From a virus, in the IMG/VR virus record IMGVR_UViG_3300018875_000010, positions 1-42,550 of that record: 42,550 nucleotides of DNA; one strand, 5' to 3'. This document shows positions 7,350-16,184 of the stretch, in pieces. Each line of letters starts with the position of its first letter. Within the stretch, counting starts at the first letter, position 1. Under the pieces are notes generated by a model. It was not told where the DNA came from and ran no database searches. It was given only the letters and a program-made list of their open reading frames with translations. The translations under genes and the position numbers were made by a program.

Positions 7350-7923
7350 GATCACCCACATCGTAATCCACTGCACCGCAACGCCTGCGGGCAAGGAGGT
7401 GACTGTCAAAGAGATAGATCGTTGGCACCGTGCCCGTGGCTTTGCGAAGATCGGCTACCACTATGTCATCCACCTCGACGGCTCCGTCTCTGTTGGACGT
7501 AAGGAGTCCGAGGCGGGCGCTCATGTGGCAGGCCATAACGCAACCACCATCGGCATCTCCTATGTCGGTGGCGTCGATGCAAACGACATCAACAAGGCTC
7601 GGGACACCCGCACTCCCGCACAGAAGGCAGCGATGGAGAAGCTCGTTCGTGAGTTGCTCACTCGCTATCCTGGCGCTGAAGTCCTCGGCCATCGTGACTT
7701 CCCCGGCGTAGCCAAAGCCTGCCCGTCATTCGACGCTCGGGCATGGTGGAAGTCCGTCGATAAGGTTGTCCCTGAAATGGGACCGGTCGAGTTCGTGCAG
7801 GCTGTCGAGGGGGACACCCTCTCGAAGATCGCCCGCGAACACGGCATGAGCCTCACTGAAATTCGCAAGCTCAATCCCGGCGTGGAGGAGCTTCGGATCG
7901 GACAGAAGGTCCGCGTGGTGTAG
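7342..7923 (+). CDS. N-acetylmuramoyl-L-alanine amidase (T7 gp3.5 lysozyme-like) with C-terminal LysM domain
   Basis: IVIHCTATP...GYHYVI...GHN...HRD....KACPSF amidase_2 pattern. C-terminal LysM-like GDTLSKIAREHGMSLTEIRKLNP. Confidence 0.9.
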   Translation: MRKITHIVIHCTATPAGKEVTVKEIDRWHRARGFAKIGYHYVIHLDGSVSVGRKESEAGAHVAGHNATTIGISYVGGVDANDINKARDTRTPAQKAAMEKLVRELLTRYPGAEVLGHRDFPGVAKACPSFDARAWWKSVDKVVPEMGPVEFVQAVEGDTLSKIAREHGMSLTEIRKLNPGVEELRIGQKVRVV

Positions 7924-7937
7924 TGCAGTCACTGCAC
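7923..7937. repeat. 15-bp palindrome, exact
   Basis: Overlaps the last base of the amidase stop codon; a promoter follows 1 nt later. Confidence 0.95.
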
Positions 7938-7938
7938 C

Positions 7939-7957
7939 CTTAACCCTCACCTTCACC
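7939..7957 (+). promoter_or_regulatory. T3-like phage RNAP promoter
   Basis: CTTAACCCTCACCTTCACC, 1 nt after a palindrome copy. Confidence 0.7.
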
Positions 7958-7962
7958 CTGAA

Positions 7963-7996
7963 CCCCTCGGGCCTCCGCTCGGGGGGTTTTGTTTTT
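7963..7996 (+). terminator. hairpin plus T-run (terminator-like)
   Basis: CCCCTCG (7963-7969) pairs with CGGGGGG (7980-7986, one G-U), followed by TTTTGTTTTT. Confidence 0.55.
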
Positions 7997-8034
7997 CCAG
8001 CTTCTAAGCATCCAACATCAGGAAAGGAAAGACG

Positions 8035-8283
8035 ATGAACGGTCTCGCAAGAGCCATCAACCTCTCGCCTCTCGCCAAGACGATCTTCGCCCACATCGAG
8101 CGGGCTGGTTCCATCTCGGCGCGTGAGGCAATGGCCGACTACGGCATCACCTCTGCCACCCTCTCCCGTCGCATCGTGGACATCGAGCGGGCTGGCTTCA
8201 CGGTCGTTCGTGAACGGAAGAAGCATCCGATCACCGGACGCCACTACACCCGCTACTCCATCGCTCAAGAGGAGGCTGCGTAA
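8035..8283 (+). CDS. winged-helix DNA-binding protein (82 aa)
   Basis: SD GGAAAGGAAAG upstream. HTH-like SAREAMADYGITSATLSRRIVDIERAGF. Confidence 0.6.
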   Translation: MNGLARAINLSPLAKTIFAHIERAGSISAREAMADYGITSATLSRRIVDIERAGFTVVRERKKHPITGRHYTRYSIAQEEAA

Positions 8284-8450
8284 TGCTGCACCCTCTGACG
8301 GAACACTTCGTCCAGCTTCGCACGATCCGCTGGAACACCCTCGTCGGCAAGATGCAGTTCGTCCGCGAGGAGAAGAACCACATGGTCTTCCTGCACCCCA
8401 CCAAAGGCTACCGGAAGATCGCCAAGAAGAGGCTCGGGATCAGTGAGTAG
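8283..8450 (+). CDS. hypothetical small protein (55 aa)
   Basis: TAATG overlap with the previous gene. Below the ORF-track cutoff; translated by hand. Confidence 0.4.
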   Translation: MLHPLTEHFVQLRTIRWNTLVGKMQFVREEKNHMVFLHPTKGYRKIAKKRLGISE

Positions 8451-8534
8451 CCGCGAATACTACCCCGAGTACACCATCGTCCCGGCCATCCTGGCGGTCG
8501 GTCTCATTCTCGCAATCATCATCGGAGTTTTCTC

Positions 8535-8717
8535 ATGACCGTTGGTCTCATCCTCCTCGCTGGCCTCGTCTCGTTCCTCATTGAGGTCGCCATCGCGGCT
8601 GGTCTGGTCGGTGGCATTACTTGGCTGATCGGCGCGGAAGTCACCGTGAGCGCAGCCATCGGCTTCGGCCTCGCTATCATCATCGGGCGGAACCTTCTGG
8701 CTAGTGCCTTCAAGTAA
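8535..8717 (+). CDS. small membrane protein (60 aa, two hydrophobic helices)
   Basis: Hydrophobic throughout. Stop overlaps the primase start (TAATG). Confidence 0.5.
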   Translation: MTVGLILLAGLVSFLIEVAIAAGLVGGITWLIGAEVTVSAAIGFGLAIIIGRNLLASAFK

Positions 8718-10363
8718 TGTCCGACGACAGCGAGTTTCTCGAACACATTCCGTGCGAGAACTGCGGTAGCTCAGACGCCAACTCGCTGTACTCGGACGGT
8801 CATCAGTATTGCTTCGCCTGTGAGGCTTATGTGCCTCCGGGCGAAGACGCTCCAACGAACCAAAGGAGGACGAAGCGCATGGCAGGCTTCGTGTCAGGTG
8901 CAGTCACTGCACTTGGCAAGCGTAAGATCAACGAAGCGACGTGTCGTAAGTTCAACTACCAAGTCGGTGAGTACAGTGGTCAGAAGGTCCAGATCGAGAA
9001 CTTCCTCGATGACGCTGGCAACCTGATCGCGCAGCACCTCCGGTTCCCCAACAAGGACTTCGTGTGGCTCGGAGACAGCAAGAACGCTGGTCTCTTCGGT
9101 CAGCACCTGTGGCGCGACAAGGGCCGCATGGTGGTTATCACCGAGGGAGCCATCGACTGTCTCACCGTGTCGCAGCTACAGGACAACAAGTGGCCGGTGG
9201 TGTCCCTCCCCTCTGGCGCAAGCCGTGCGAAGAAGGACATCGCTCGGGCGCTTGAGTGGCTCCTCGGCTTCGAGGAAATCGTTCTGTTCTTCGACAACGA
9301 CGAGGCAGGCCGGAAGGCCGTCGAGGAGTGTGCCCCTCTGTTCCCTCCGGGTCGATGCAAGATCGCCCGCATGGCTGACTTCAAGGACGCCAATGAGGCG
9401 CATCAGGCGGGCCGGTCGAAGGACATCATCGACGCTATTTGGGGAGCCAAGGTCTATCGCCCTGACGGGGTCATCAACGGTGCCGAGATGTGGGACAGCC
9501 TCACCTCGGACGATGAAATCCTCGACAGCGCCGACTACCCTTGGGACGGACTAAACACCATCACCCACGGCTTGCGCTGCGGGGAGCTGGTCACGATCAC
9601 CGCTGGTTCCGGCATCGGTAAGTCCGCGCTGGTCCGCGAGATTGCTCACTTCCTTCTCATGAATGGTGAGACGGTCGGGATGCTCATGCTTGAGGAAAGC
9701 ACGAAGCGTACCGCGAAGGGCCTCATGGGTATCACCATGAACAAGCCCATCCACCTCGACCTGACCCCTTGGTCGGAACTCCCGCCCGAGGAGAAGGAAG
9801 CCCGCAAGGCTGCGTATGATGCAACGGTCGGCTCCGGTCGGCTGTACCTCTATGACCACTTCGGCTCGACTGAGGTGGACAACCTACTCAACCGTATCCG
9901 CTACCTCGCTAAGGGGTGCGGGTGCAAATACATCGTCCTCGATCACCTCTCGATTGTGGTGTCTGGTCTGGATGACGGTGACGAGCGCAAGGCCATCGAC
10001 GTTGCGATGACCAAGCTCCGCACCCTTGTTCAGGAGACCGGCATCTGCCTCATCATGGTTTCCCACCTGAAGCGTCCCTCCGGGGACCGGGGCCATGAGC
10101 AAGGCGCTGAGACCTCCCTCGCTCAACTGCGTGGTTCGCACTCCATCGCCCAACTGTCGGACATCGTCATCGGCCTGGAGCGCAATCAGCAGGACGAGAA
10201 GACCAAGAACATCGTCACAGTCCGCATCCTGAAGAACCGCTTCTCCGGTGAGACCGGGATCGCTTGCCATCTCCACTACGACAAGGAGACCGGGCGGCTG
10301 GCGGAAGTCAGCATCGAGTTCCTTCAGGGAGAGGACGAGGACAACGAACCCTCTGAGTTTTGA
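8717..10363 (+). CDS. DNA primase-helicase (T7 gp4-like)
   Basis: Zn ribbon CENCGSSD..N15..CFAC. TOPRIM EGAIDCLT and DNDEAGRKA. Walker A GSGIGKS. Acidic C-terminus ends in Phe (EPSEF). Confidence 0.95.
   Translation: MSDDSEFLEHIPCENCGSSDANSLYSDGHQYCFACEAYVPPGEDAPTNQRRTKRMAGFVSGAVTALGKRKINEATCRKFNYQVGEYSGQKVQIENFLDDAGNLIAQHLRFPNKDFVWLGDSKNAGLFGQHLWRDKGRMVVITEGAIDCLTVSQLQDNKWPVVSLPSGASRAKKDIARALEWLLGFEEIVLFFDNDEAGRKAVEECAPLFPPGRCKIARMADFKDANEAHQAGRSKDIIDAIWGAKVYRPDGVINGAEMWDSLTSDDEILDSADYPWDGLNTITHGLRCGELVTITAGSGIGKSALVREIAHFLLMNGETVGMLMLEESTKRTAKGLMGITMNKPIHLDLTPWSELPPEEKEARKAAYDATVGSGRLYLYDHFGSTEVDNLLNRIRYLAKGCGCKYIVLDHLSIVVSGLDDGDERKAIDVAMTKLRTLVQETGICLIMVSHLKRPSGDRGHEQGAETSLAQLRGSHSIAQLSDIVIGLERNQQDEKTKNIVTVRILKNRFSGETGIACHLHYDKETGRLAEVSIEFLQGEDEDNEPSEF
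8898..8912. repeat. 15-bp palindrome, exact
   Basis: Inside the primase-helicase; reads GAVTAL. Confidence 0.95.
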
Positions 10364-10370
10364 CCTAACG

Positions 10371-10386
10371 GTTCCCTTCGGGGAAC
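10371..10386. promoter_or_regulatory. GTTCC-N6-GGAAC element, perfect
   Basis: GGTTCCC-TTCG-GGGAACC, located after the helicase stop. Confidence 0.6.
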
Positions 10387-10388
10387 CA

Positions 10389-10679
10389 ATGGAGTTTCAC
10401 ATGAACTGGATGGAACGCGCAAAGGAGTTCGACCGCAAGAACCCTCACGTCTACGCACTCTTCAAGAAGTTCGCCTTTGAACTCATTGAGGCTGGCGTCA
10501 AGCGCACCTCGGCGGACGTGGTCTACAACCGCATCCGGTGGGAGACCGCGATCCAGACCAAGGGCGACACCTTCAAGATCAACGAGAACTTCAAGGCGTA
10601 CTTCGCTCGGCGGTTCATCAAGGAACACCCGCAGTATGAGGGGTTCTTTGCGTTCCGCCGGTTAAGGTCCGTCGCATGA
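10389..10679 (+). CDS. hypothetical protein (about 96 aa)
   Basis: Internal ATG of ORF 10248..10679, after the helicase stop and a stem-loop. 10401 is an alternative start. Confidence 0.55.
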   Translation: MEFHMNWMERAKEFDRKNPHVYALFKKFAFELIEAGVKRTSADVVYNRIRWETAIQTKGDTFKINENFKAYFARRFIKEHPQYEGFFAFRRLRSVA

Positions 10680-10957
10680 ACTACGCCGAGGCCATCCGTG
10701 CGCTGAAGGAGGCGGGCGAGCTTGAGGCCGTCCGCATCCTGAAGGAACTCCGCGAGAGCAAGAAGGCGAAGGGTGTCGAGCGCAGAGCGCGTGTCGCCAA
10801 ACGCCTTACCGCAGAACTCAAGGAGGAGGTGTGGGACCTCTACACCTCCACCAACCTCACCATCAGCAAGATAGCGAACATGGTCGGCGCTCCCGAGAAA
10901 CTCGTCAGCGAGTTCATCAACGGGCGACAGCGCGACCCCCGCTTCCACGACAACTGA
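10676..10957 (+). CDS. hypothetical protein (93 aa), possible HTH
   Basis: ATGA overlap with the previous gene. LTISKIANMVGAPEKLVSEFI resembles an HTH. Confidence 0.55.
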   Translation: MNYAEAIRALKEAGELEAVRILKELRESKKAKGVERRARVAKRLTAELKEEVWDLYTSTNLTISKIANMVGAPEKLVSEFINGRQRDPRFHDN

Positions 10958-10961
10958 ACCG

Positions 10962-10976
10962 GTGCAGCCACTGCAC
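10962..10976. repeat. 15-bp palindrome, 14/15 (CC centre)
   Basis: 4 nt after the stop of 10676..10957. Confidence 0.85.
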
Positions 10977-11002
10977 CTTCCGTAGCTTTCTAAGGGAGAG
11001 CG

Positions 11003-12844
11003 ATGAGGCTTGTATTTGACATCGAAACCAATGGGCTATTGGACGAGACTTCCCTCGTTCACAGCCTCTGCATCAAGGACGTAGACACCGGGAAGATTTG
11101 GTCATGCGCTGACCATGAGGGTTACGTCCCTGTCGAGCAAGGCGTTCGGATGCTGATGAACGCCGAACTCATCATCGGACACAACATCATCAAGTTCGAC
11201 CTTCCGGCCCTACAGAAGGTCTACCCTTGGTTCACCTACGACCGTCACAAGGTCTTCGACACTATCGTCATCTCTCGCCTCATCTGGCCCAAAGACGACC
11301 TCAAGCAGCGGGACTTCAGGCTGACCAAGGATGGCAAGCTCCCCGGTAAACTGATCGGGCGCTACTCCCTTGAGGCTTGGGGCTACCGGCTTGGGAACTA
11401 CAAGGGCGACTACAAGGGTCCTTGGGACCGCTGGTCTAAGGAGATGCAGGACTACTGCGAACAGGACATCGAGGTCACTCATACCCTGTTCCAGCGGATC
11501 GAGAAGAAGGAGTGGGACCAACGGTCCATCACTCTTGAGCATCAGGTCCAGTTCATCATCGCCCGTCAGGAACGCTACGGCTTCCTCTTCGATCAGCAGG
11601 GCGCAGCCGCCCTCTATGCCACTCTCGTTCAACGCAAGACCGAGCTAGAGGCCGAGCTTCAATCCGCGTTCCCACCGTGGACCGTGGAGACCGTCTTCAT
11701 CCCGAAGGTCAATAACAAGACCCGAGGGTATGTGAAGGGTGTCCCCTTCATCAAACGCAAGACGGTTCACTTCAAGCCGTCCAGCCGTCAGCACATCTCG
11801 AAGGTCCTGAAGGACAAGTACGGATGGGAGCCGCAGGAGTTCACCGACAACGGTGAGCCGAAGGTGGACGATGATGTCCTCTCCGAGCTTCCCTACCCGG
11901 AGGCCAAGGTTCTCTCTGAGTTCCTTATGGTCGAGAAGCGGCTCGGGCAACTGGCGACCGGCAAGGAGGCGTGGCTCAAGCACGTCAAGGCCGATGGACG
12001 TATCCACGGCGAAGTGACCACCAACGGTGCAGTCACTGGACGTATGACCCATGCCAAGCCGAACATCGCCCAGGTGCCAGGTCTGACAGACAAGAAGACC
12101 GGGAAGCCCATGCCCTATGGCAAGGAGTGCCGTTCCCTCTTCATCGTCCCCAAAGGCAAGAAGCTGGTCGGCTGCGATGCTGACGCTTTGGAGCTTCGGT
12201 GCCTCGCCGGATACATGGCGAAGTACGATGGTGGCGCGTACATCAAGACCGTCCTCGAAGGAAAGAAAGAACTCGGGACGGACATGCACACCGTCAATGC
12301 GAAGGCTCTCGGCACAACCCGAGACATCGCAAAGGTGTGGTTCTATGCGTTCATCTACGGGGCCGGTGACTTCAAGCTCGGCACCATCCTTGGTGCGCCC
12401 AAGGGCAAGGAGATTGAGTGGGGCAAGCGTTCCCGCGCCCGCTTCCTCAAGAACCTCCCGGCGCTCGGGACCATCGTGGAGAAGGTCAAGAAGGCCGTGC
12501 AGAAGCGCGGCTACCTCAAGGGCCTCGATGGTCGTCAACTGCGTGTGCGTTCGTCGCACTCGGCATTTAACACTCTGCTTCAGTCTGCTGGCGCTGTGCT
12601 GATGAAGGCCGCTCTCGTCATCCTAGACGAGGACCTTCAGGCGGCGGGCTATGTCCCCGGTAAGAACTACGAGTTCGTCGCCAACGTGCATGACGAGTTC
12701 CAGATCGAAGCCGACGAGGAGATAGCTGACGATGTCGGCAAACGTGCAGTCACTGCAATTATCAGAGCAGGAGAGTTCTTCAGCTTCGGATGTCCACTCA
12801 ACGGAAACGCAGACGCTGGAGGCTCTTGGGCCGCAACTCACTAA
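11003..12844 (+). CDS. family A DNA polymerase with 3'-5' exonuclease (T7 gp5-like)
   Basis: Exo I FDIETNGL. NGAVTGRMTHAKPNIAQVPG matches T7 NGAVTGRATHAFPNLAQIPG. Motifs DADALELRCLA, KVWFYAFIYGAG and HDEFQIE present. Ends in H like other Pol A enzymes. Confidence 0.95.
   Translation: MRLVFDIETNGLLDETSLVHSLCIKDVDTGKIWSCADHEGYVPVEQGVRMLMNAELIIGHNIIKFDLPALQKVYPWFTYDRHKVFDTIVISRLIWPKDDLKQRDFRLTKDGKLPGKLIGRYSLEAWGYRLGNYKGDYKGPWDRWSKEMQDYCEQDIEVTHTLFQRIEKKEWDQRSITLEHQVQFIIARQERYGFLFDQQGAAALYATLVQRKTELEAELQSAFPPWTVETVFIPKVNNKTRGYVKGVPFIKRKTVHFKPSSRQHISKVLKDKYGWEPQEFTDNGEPKVDDDVLSELPYPEAKVLSEFLMVEKRLGQLATGKEAWLKHVKADGRIHGEVTTNGAVTGRMTHAKPNIAQVPGLTDKKTGKPMPYGKECRSLFIVPKGKKLVGCDADALELRCLAGYMAKYDGGAYIKTVLEGKKELGTDMHTVNAKALGTTRDIAKVWFYAFIYGAGDFKLGTILGAPKGKEIEWGKRSRARFLKNLPALGTIVEKVKKAVQKRGYLKGLDGRQLRVRSSHSAFNTLLQSAGAVLMKAALVILDEDLQAAGYVPGKNYEFVANVHDEFQIEADEEIADDVGKRAVTAIIRAGEFFSFGCPLNGNADAGGSWAATH
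12027..12041. repeat. 15-bp palindrome, 14/15
   Basis: In the DNA polymerase, across the conserved NGAVTGR motif. Confidence 0.8.
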
Positions 12845-13031
12845 CGTCGTTCGTGAGGCGTGGCTCAGACCGTTTCTGACCAAATCCAACTTCGCAAAAT
12901 ACGAGGCCGATTGGATCGCCGCTGCGGCGTCCCTCGGTCTCATCACCACTTGCGTCAGTCCGATCCGCGTAGGTCGGACATGGCGCGTCACCCCTAAAGG
13001 CTTGTCCTTACTGTTCCCCGAGGAGAACTAA
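12732..13031 (+). CDS. hypothetical ORF overlapping the DNA polymerase 3' end (start unresolved)
   Basis: The only open frame across the 186-bp gap between DNAP and ThyX. No start codon lies after the DNAP stop. Confidence 0.3.
   Translation: MSANVQSLQLSEQESSSASDVHSTETQTLEALGPQLTNVVREAWLRPFLTKSNFAKYEADWIAAAASLGLITTCVSPIRVGRTWRVTPKGLSLLFPEEN
12744..12758. repeat. 15-bp palindrome, 14/15
   Basis: In the DNA polymerase; reads RAVTAI. Confidence 0.85.
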
Positions 13032-13798
13032 TGTCTGACATTCGTGCTGAATACATCGACCACATGGGAAATGATCTTGGCATCGTGAACGACGCTCGGG
13101 TCTCCTTCGGGAAACGGAGCGAGTACGAGTACGACCGGATCAACGACACTTGGTATCTGAAGGAGGCCGACAAGCGCCTCATCAAGTTCCTTGCCCGAGG
13201 TGTCGAGAGCAAGGATTGGGAAGGTGCCGTCAACGAACTCATCTGCGCTGTCGATAAGGATGAGATTGAGGATGTCCTGAAGTGGGCCAAGCGGCTCCCT
13301 GAACACTGGACGCCCTTCGCTCAGACCTCGATCAAGCTGCGGGAGTTCTACCCGATCCCGATTGCTCGGCAGCGGTTCAAGCACAAGATCGGCATGGTCG
13401 AGAACGAAATCTCTCGACGCTATGTCGATAACGGCTTGGAGTTCTATCAGCCAACTTGGCGTAAACGCGCCGAGAACAAGAAGCAGGGTTCCGGCGAAGA
13501 GTTCGATCCGGCTGCTCAGGCCATGCTCGATGACGAGTATTGGTGGCTGATGAACAAGGCCGAGGAGATGTATGGCCGGTTCATCCAGAACGGTGTTTGC
13601 CCCGAGCAAGCGCGGTTCCTTCTCCCGCAGTCGATGATGACGGAAGTGGTCATCACCGGGAACCTCTACTCGTTCGCTCAGGCGTACATCAAACGCCGCG
13701 ACAGTCACGCCCAAAAGGAAATCCAACTCCTCGCTGCGGAGTGGGACCGGATCATCCGTCCCCTGTTCCCCGTCGCGTGGTCAGCTTTGGTGGACTAA
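13031..13798 (+). CDS. thyX: FAD-dependent thymidylate synthase (ThyX-like)
   Basis: N-terminal VNDARVSFGK. ThyX-motif-like HKIGMVENEISRRYV. C-terminal SHAQKEIQLLA. Confidence 0.8.
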   Translation: MSDIRAEYIDHMGNDLGIVNDARVSFGKRSEYEYDRINDTWYLKEADKRLIKFLARGVESKDWEGAVNELICAVDKDEIEDVLKWAKRLPEHWTPFAQTSIKLREFYPIPIARQRFKHKIGMVENEISRRYVDNGLEFYQPTWRKRAENKKQGSGEEFDPAAQAMLDDEYWWLMNKAEEMYGRFIQNGVCPEQARFLLPQSMMTEVVITGNLYSFAQAYIKRRDSHAQKEIQLLAAEWDRIIRPLFPVAWSALVD

Positions 13799-13800
13799 TC

Positions 13801-14004
13801 ATGGAAGACGATGTTTTTGATGGTGACGTTTGGCGTCCTGACGTTGTTGTGCAACGTGCTGACGCCCTCCGCGATCTTGCTGCACAGGTTGACGCGACCA
13901 AGGACAGCAAGGCCAAGGCCCTCCTGATCCGCGCAATGGAGCGTATCGTGGACCGCCTGTCCGACCCTCGGGACAACGTGAGGGAGGTCGGCAATGAAGG
14001 ATAG
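13801..14004 (+). CDS. hypothetical protein (67 aa)
   Basis: ATG immediately follows the ThyX stop. Overlaps the next start. Confidence 0.5.
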   Translation: MEDDVFDGDVWRPDVVVQRADALRDLAAQVDATKDSKAKALLIRAMERIVDRLSDPRDNVREVGNEG

Positions 14005-14239
14005 GTGGGTCATCCTCACGCAGCCGAACTGCACCCCCTGTAAGGAGGCGAAGCAGATGTTGTGGGATCGGGAAATCCCGTATGCCGAGTTCGACATCAC
14101 GCTTCACCACGACCTGAAGTCCTTCTTGGTGCAGTCACTACACAAGCCAACCACTCCTCAAGTGTTCCTCAATGGCTACCGTATCGGTGGCCGTGACGAA
14201 CTCCGTGAGTATTTCCGCAACCTGGAGAACACCGACTGA
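13994..14239 (+). CDS. glutaredoxin/NrdH-like redoxin
   Basis: CTPC active site and TTPQVFLNGYRIGGRDEL, a typical Grx fold signature. Lies close to the RNR gene. Confidence 0.8.
   Translation: MKDRWVILTQPNCTPCKEAKQMLWDREIPYAEFDITLHHDLKSFLVQSLHKPTTPQVFLNGYRIGGRDELREYFRNLENTD
14129..14143. repeat. 15-bp palindrome, 14/15
   Basis: In the glutaredoxin; alternative frame reads VQSLH. Confidence 0.8.
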
Positions 14240-14355
14240 TGAGCAAGCCCACCAAGAAGCCCGAGCCTCTTCGGTGCCAGTGTGGGAAGCCTCTTGTGGA
14301 GGGGGATTACTGCCCCCTCCCGGTCGGCAAACCCTGCCCGAGGATCGCCCGATGA
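14239..14355 (+). CDS. possible 38-aa Cys-rich peptide
   Basis: TGATG overlap upstream and ATGA overlap downstream. Four Cys residues. Hand-translated; below the cutoff. Confidence 0.35.
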   Translation: MSKPTKKPEPLRCQCGKPLVEGDYCPLPVGKPCPRIAR

Positions 14356-14519
14356 TTTGGGAAGTCTTCAGGAAGGACGGCTTCGAGGGTGTCTTCGTCC
14401 TCCTCCGTACCGAGGAACGTAAGAGCGCCTGTTGCTACGTCCACAACCCGAGCCTCTCGCTCGGCATCGCGGAACTCCGCAAGCTCCTCCGAGAAGAACT
14501 CAAGAAATCACTCCAATGA
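14352..14519 (+). CDS. hypothetical protein (55 aa)
   Basis: Internal ATG of ORF 14172..14519, coupled to both neighbours. Confidence 0.45.
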   Translation: MIWEVFRKDGFEGVFVLLRTEERKSACCYVHNPSLSLGIAELRKLLREELKKSLQ

Positions 14520-15277
14520 GAACACTCCTGATCGACGCTGACGTTGTCGCGTACAACGCAGCCTTTGCCTGTGAGAAGGCCGTCGAGTTGGAGCCGGGAT
14601 ACTGGACGTGGTTCGTCCATGAGGATGAGGTCATTGCCGCGTTCGACGGTGAGGTCCAGCGTATGATGGACACCCTCAACGCCGATGACTTCAAGCTCTG
14701 CCTGACGGACAGCGAAGGTAACTTCCGGCTCGGCATCCACGGCGACTACAAGGGTGGACGTAAGAGCGTCCGCAAGCCGATCATCCTGAAGCATTTCAAG
14801 CAGTGGCTGATTGACGAGCGGGGAGCCTACTGGCGTCCCGGCCTCGAAGGCGACGATGTCATGGGCATCTTCGCAACGCACCCGAAGCTGGTCCCCGGTG
14901 AGAAGATCATCGTGTCCATCGACAAGGACATGAAGACGATCCCCGGTAAGTTCATCCGGTGGGGAACCGAGGACGCCGAGGTGGTCGAGGTCTCCGAGAA
15001 GGAGGCCGACTACTGGCACCTCTACCAGACCCTGACGGGTGACGTGACGGACGGCTACAAAGGCTGTCCCGGTATCGGCCCGAAGAACGCCGAGAAAATC
15101 CTCGCTGACTTCTACGAGGACGGCTTCGACGCTTGGGGCGCTGTCGTGAAGACCTACGAGAGCAAGGGCCTCACCGAGGATGACGCAATCGTCCAGGCGC
15201 GAATGGCCCGCATCCTGAGAGCATCGGACTACGACTTCAAGAACAAGCGTCCGATCCTCTGGAATCCGCCTTCCTAA
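14516..15277 (+). CDS. 5'-3' exonuclease (T7 gp6-like)
   Basis: LEGDDVMG, DKDMKTIPG, DYWHLYQTLTGDVTDGY and QARMARILR align with the remembered T7 gp6. Confidence 0.9.
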   Translation: MRTLLIDADVVAYNAAFACEKAVELEPGYWTWFVHEDEVIAAFDGEVQRMMDTLNADDFKLCLTDSEGNFRLGIHGDYKGGRKSVRKPIILKHFKQWLIDERGAYWRPGLEGDDVMGIFATHPKLVPGEKIIVSIDKDMKTIPGKFIRWGTEDAEVVEVSEKEADYWHLYQTLTGDVTDGYKGCPGIGPKNAEKILADFYEDGFDAWGAVVKTYESKGLTEDDAIVQARMARILRASDYDFKNKRPILWNPPS

Positions 15278-15295
15278 TAAACCCTCACCTTCACC
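15276..15295 (+). promoter_or_regulatory. T3-like phage RNAP promoter
   Basis: AATAAACCCTCACCTTCACC, overlapping the exonuclease stop codon. Confidence 0.8.
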
Positions 15296-15316
15296 CTGAA
15301 GAACCTGAAAGGAGAA

Positions 15317-15331
15317 GTGCAGTGACTGCAC
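15317..15331. repeat. 15-bp palindrome, exact (G centre)
   Basis: Its central GTG is the start codon of 15322..15708. Confidence 0.95.
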
Positions 15332-15708
15332 CGAACCCTTCCGCTTACCCCGACGACAACCCGAAGACCATCTTCGGTCTCGCCAAGCCGGGTATCCGCT
15401 TTATCCCCAACTCGGCTCTCATCTACCTCGGTCAGGCTATGGCCGAGGGTGCCCGCAAGTATGGGCCGATGAACTGGCGCGAGAAGAAGGTCTCCACGTC
15501 AGTCTACTACGACGCCGGTATGCGTCACCGGATGCGCTTTTGGGATGGCGAGGACTTCGACCCCGAGAGTGGCTTCCATCACCTCGCTCACTCGATGGCG
15601 TGTGACGCGATCATCCTCGACGCCCTGACGGTCGGCAACCTCAACGATGACAGGTTCGCCCCCGGCAACGTCTCCGAACTCATCCAGCAACTGACGAAGA
15701 AGGACTAA
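15322..15708 (+). CDS. DUF5664-type dATP/dGTP diphosphohydrolase-like protein
   Basis: GTG start lies inside a palindrome copy, with SD AAGGAG 7 nt upstream. AMAEGARKYGPMNWRE...RHRMRFWDGEDFDPESGFHHLAH matches the family pattern as remembered. Confidence 0.65.
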   Translation: MTAPNPSAYPDDNPKTIFGLAKPGIRFIPNSALIYLGQAMAEGARKYGPMNWREKKVSTSVYYDAGMRHRMRFWDGEDFDPESGFHHLAHSMACDAIILDALTVGNLNDDRFAPGNVSELIQQLTKKD

Positions 15709-15710
15709 CC

Positions 15711-16184
15711 ATGCCCGGAATTAGCGAACTCGCCCGCGAAGAGGCCGAGAACGGCCAGCTTCAGCTTGACCTCAACGACAACCCTCTGACCGCAGCGGTG
15801 CGGGAGTTCCGCGAGACGTTCGACGCTTCGACGGACCCTGCCCTGTGGGAGAAGCTGATCCGCGAGGAGGAGAAGGAAGTGGCCGATGCGTTCGCCGCTC
15901 TCCTGAAGGAAATCGCTGACCTCGACTACGTCATGGAAGGCTACACGCAGGTCGGCGGAAATCTGGAGGCTCTCGGCTCCATGCGCCTGACCCCGCTGGT
16001 CCTCTCCTTCATCTCGATCCTGCCGCCGCCGATCCGCTTGGAGGCCCTCAACCGCACTCATGCGTCCAACATGAGCAAGCTCGGGGAGGACGGCAAGCCG
16101 ATCCGCCGCGAGGACGGAAAGGTTCTGAAGGGACCCAACTACAAACCCGCTGATCTTTCAGACCTAACGTACATCAAGGACTAA
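15711..16184 (+). CDS. MazG-like nucleoside triphosphate pyrophosphohydrolase
   Basis: EEEKEVADAFAALLKEIADLDYV and HASNMSKLGEDGKPIRREDGKVLKGPNYKPADL are typical of small MazG-family enzymes. Confidence 0.7.
   Translation: MPGISELAREEAENGQLQLDLNDNPLTAAVREFRETFDASTDPALWEKLIREEEKEVADAFAALLKEIADLDYVMEGYTQVGGNLEALGSMRLTPLVLSFISILPPPIRLEALNRTHASNMSKLGEDGKPIRREDGKVLKGPNYKPADLSDLTYIKD

Noticed and set aside
10229-10253. CTGAAGA followed by ACCG-loop-CGGT inside the helicase gene, resembling a hammerhead core plus stem II.
   Set aside because: The next bases are GAGA, not GAAA, so A14 is lost. No stem I or stem III partners exist, and the site is coding.
14236-14243. CTGATGAG, a possible hammerhead core.
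   Set aside because: It arises from a TGATG stop/start overlap. No stem II, GAAA or cleavage triplet can be drawn around it.
15322-16184. Possible 2-aminoadenine (Z-genome) or other base-modification pathway, suggested by the dATP/dGTP hydrolase-like and MazG-like genes.
   Set aside because: No PurZ, DatZ, DpdA or glycosyl/methyl-transferase candidates occur anywhere in the genome, so there is no basis for claiming modified DNA.
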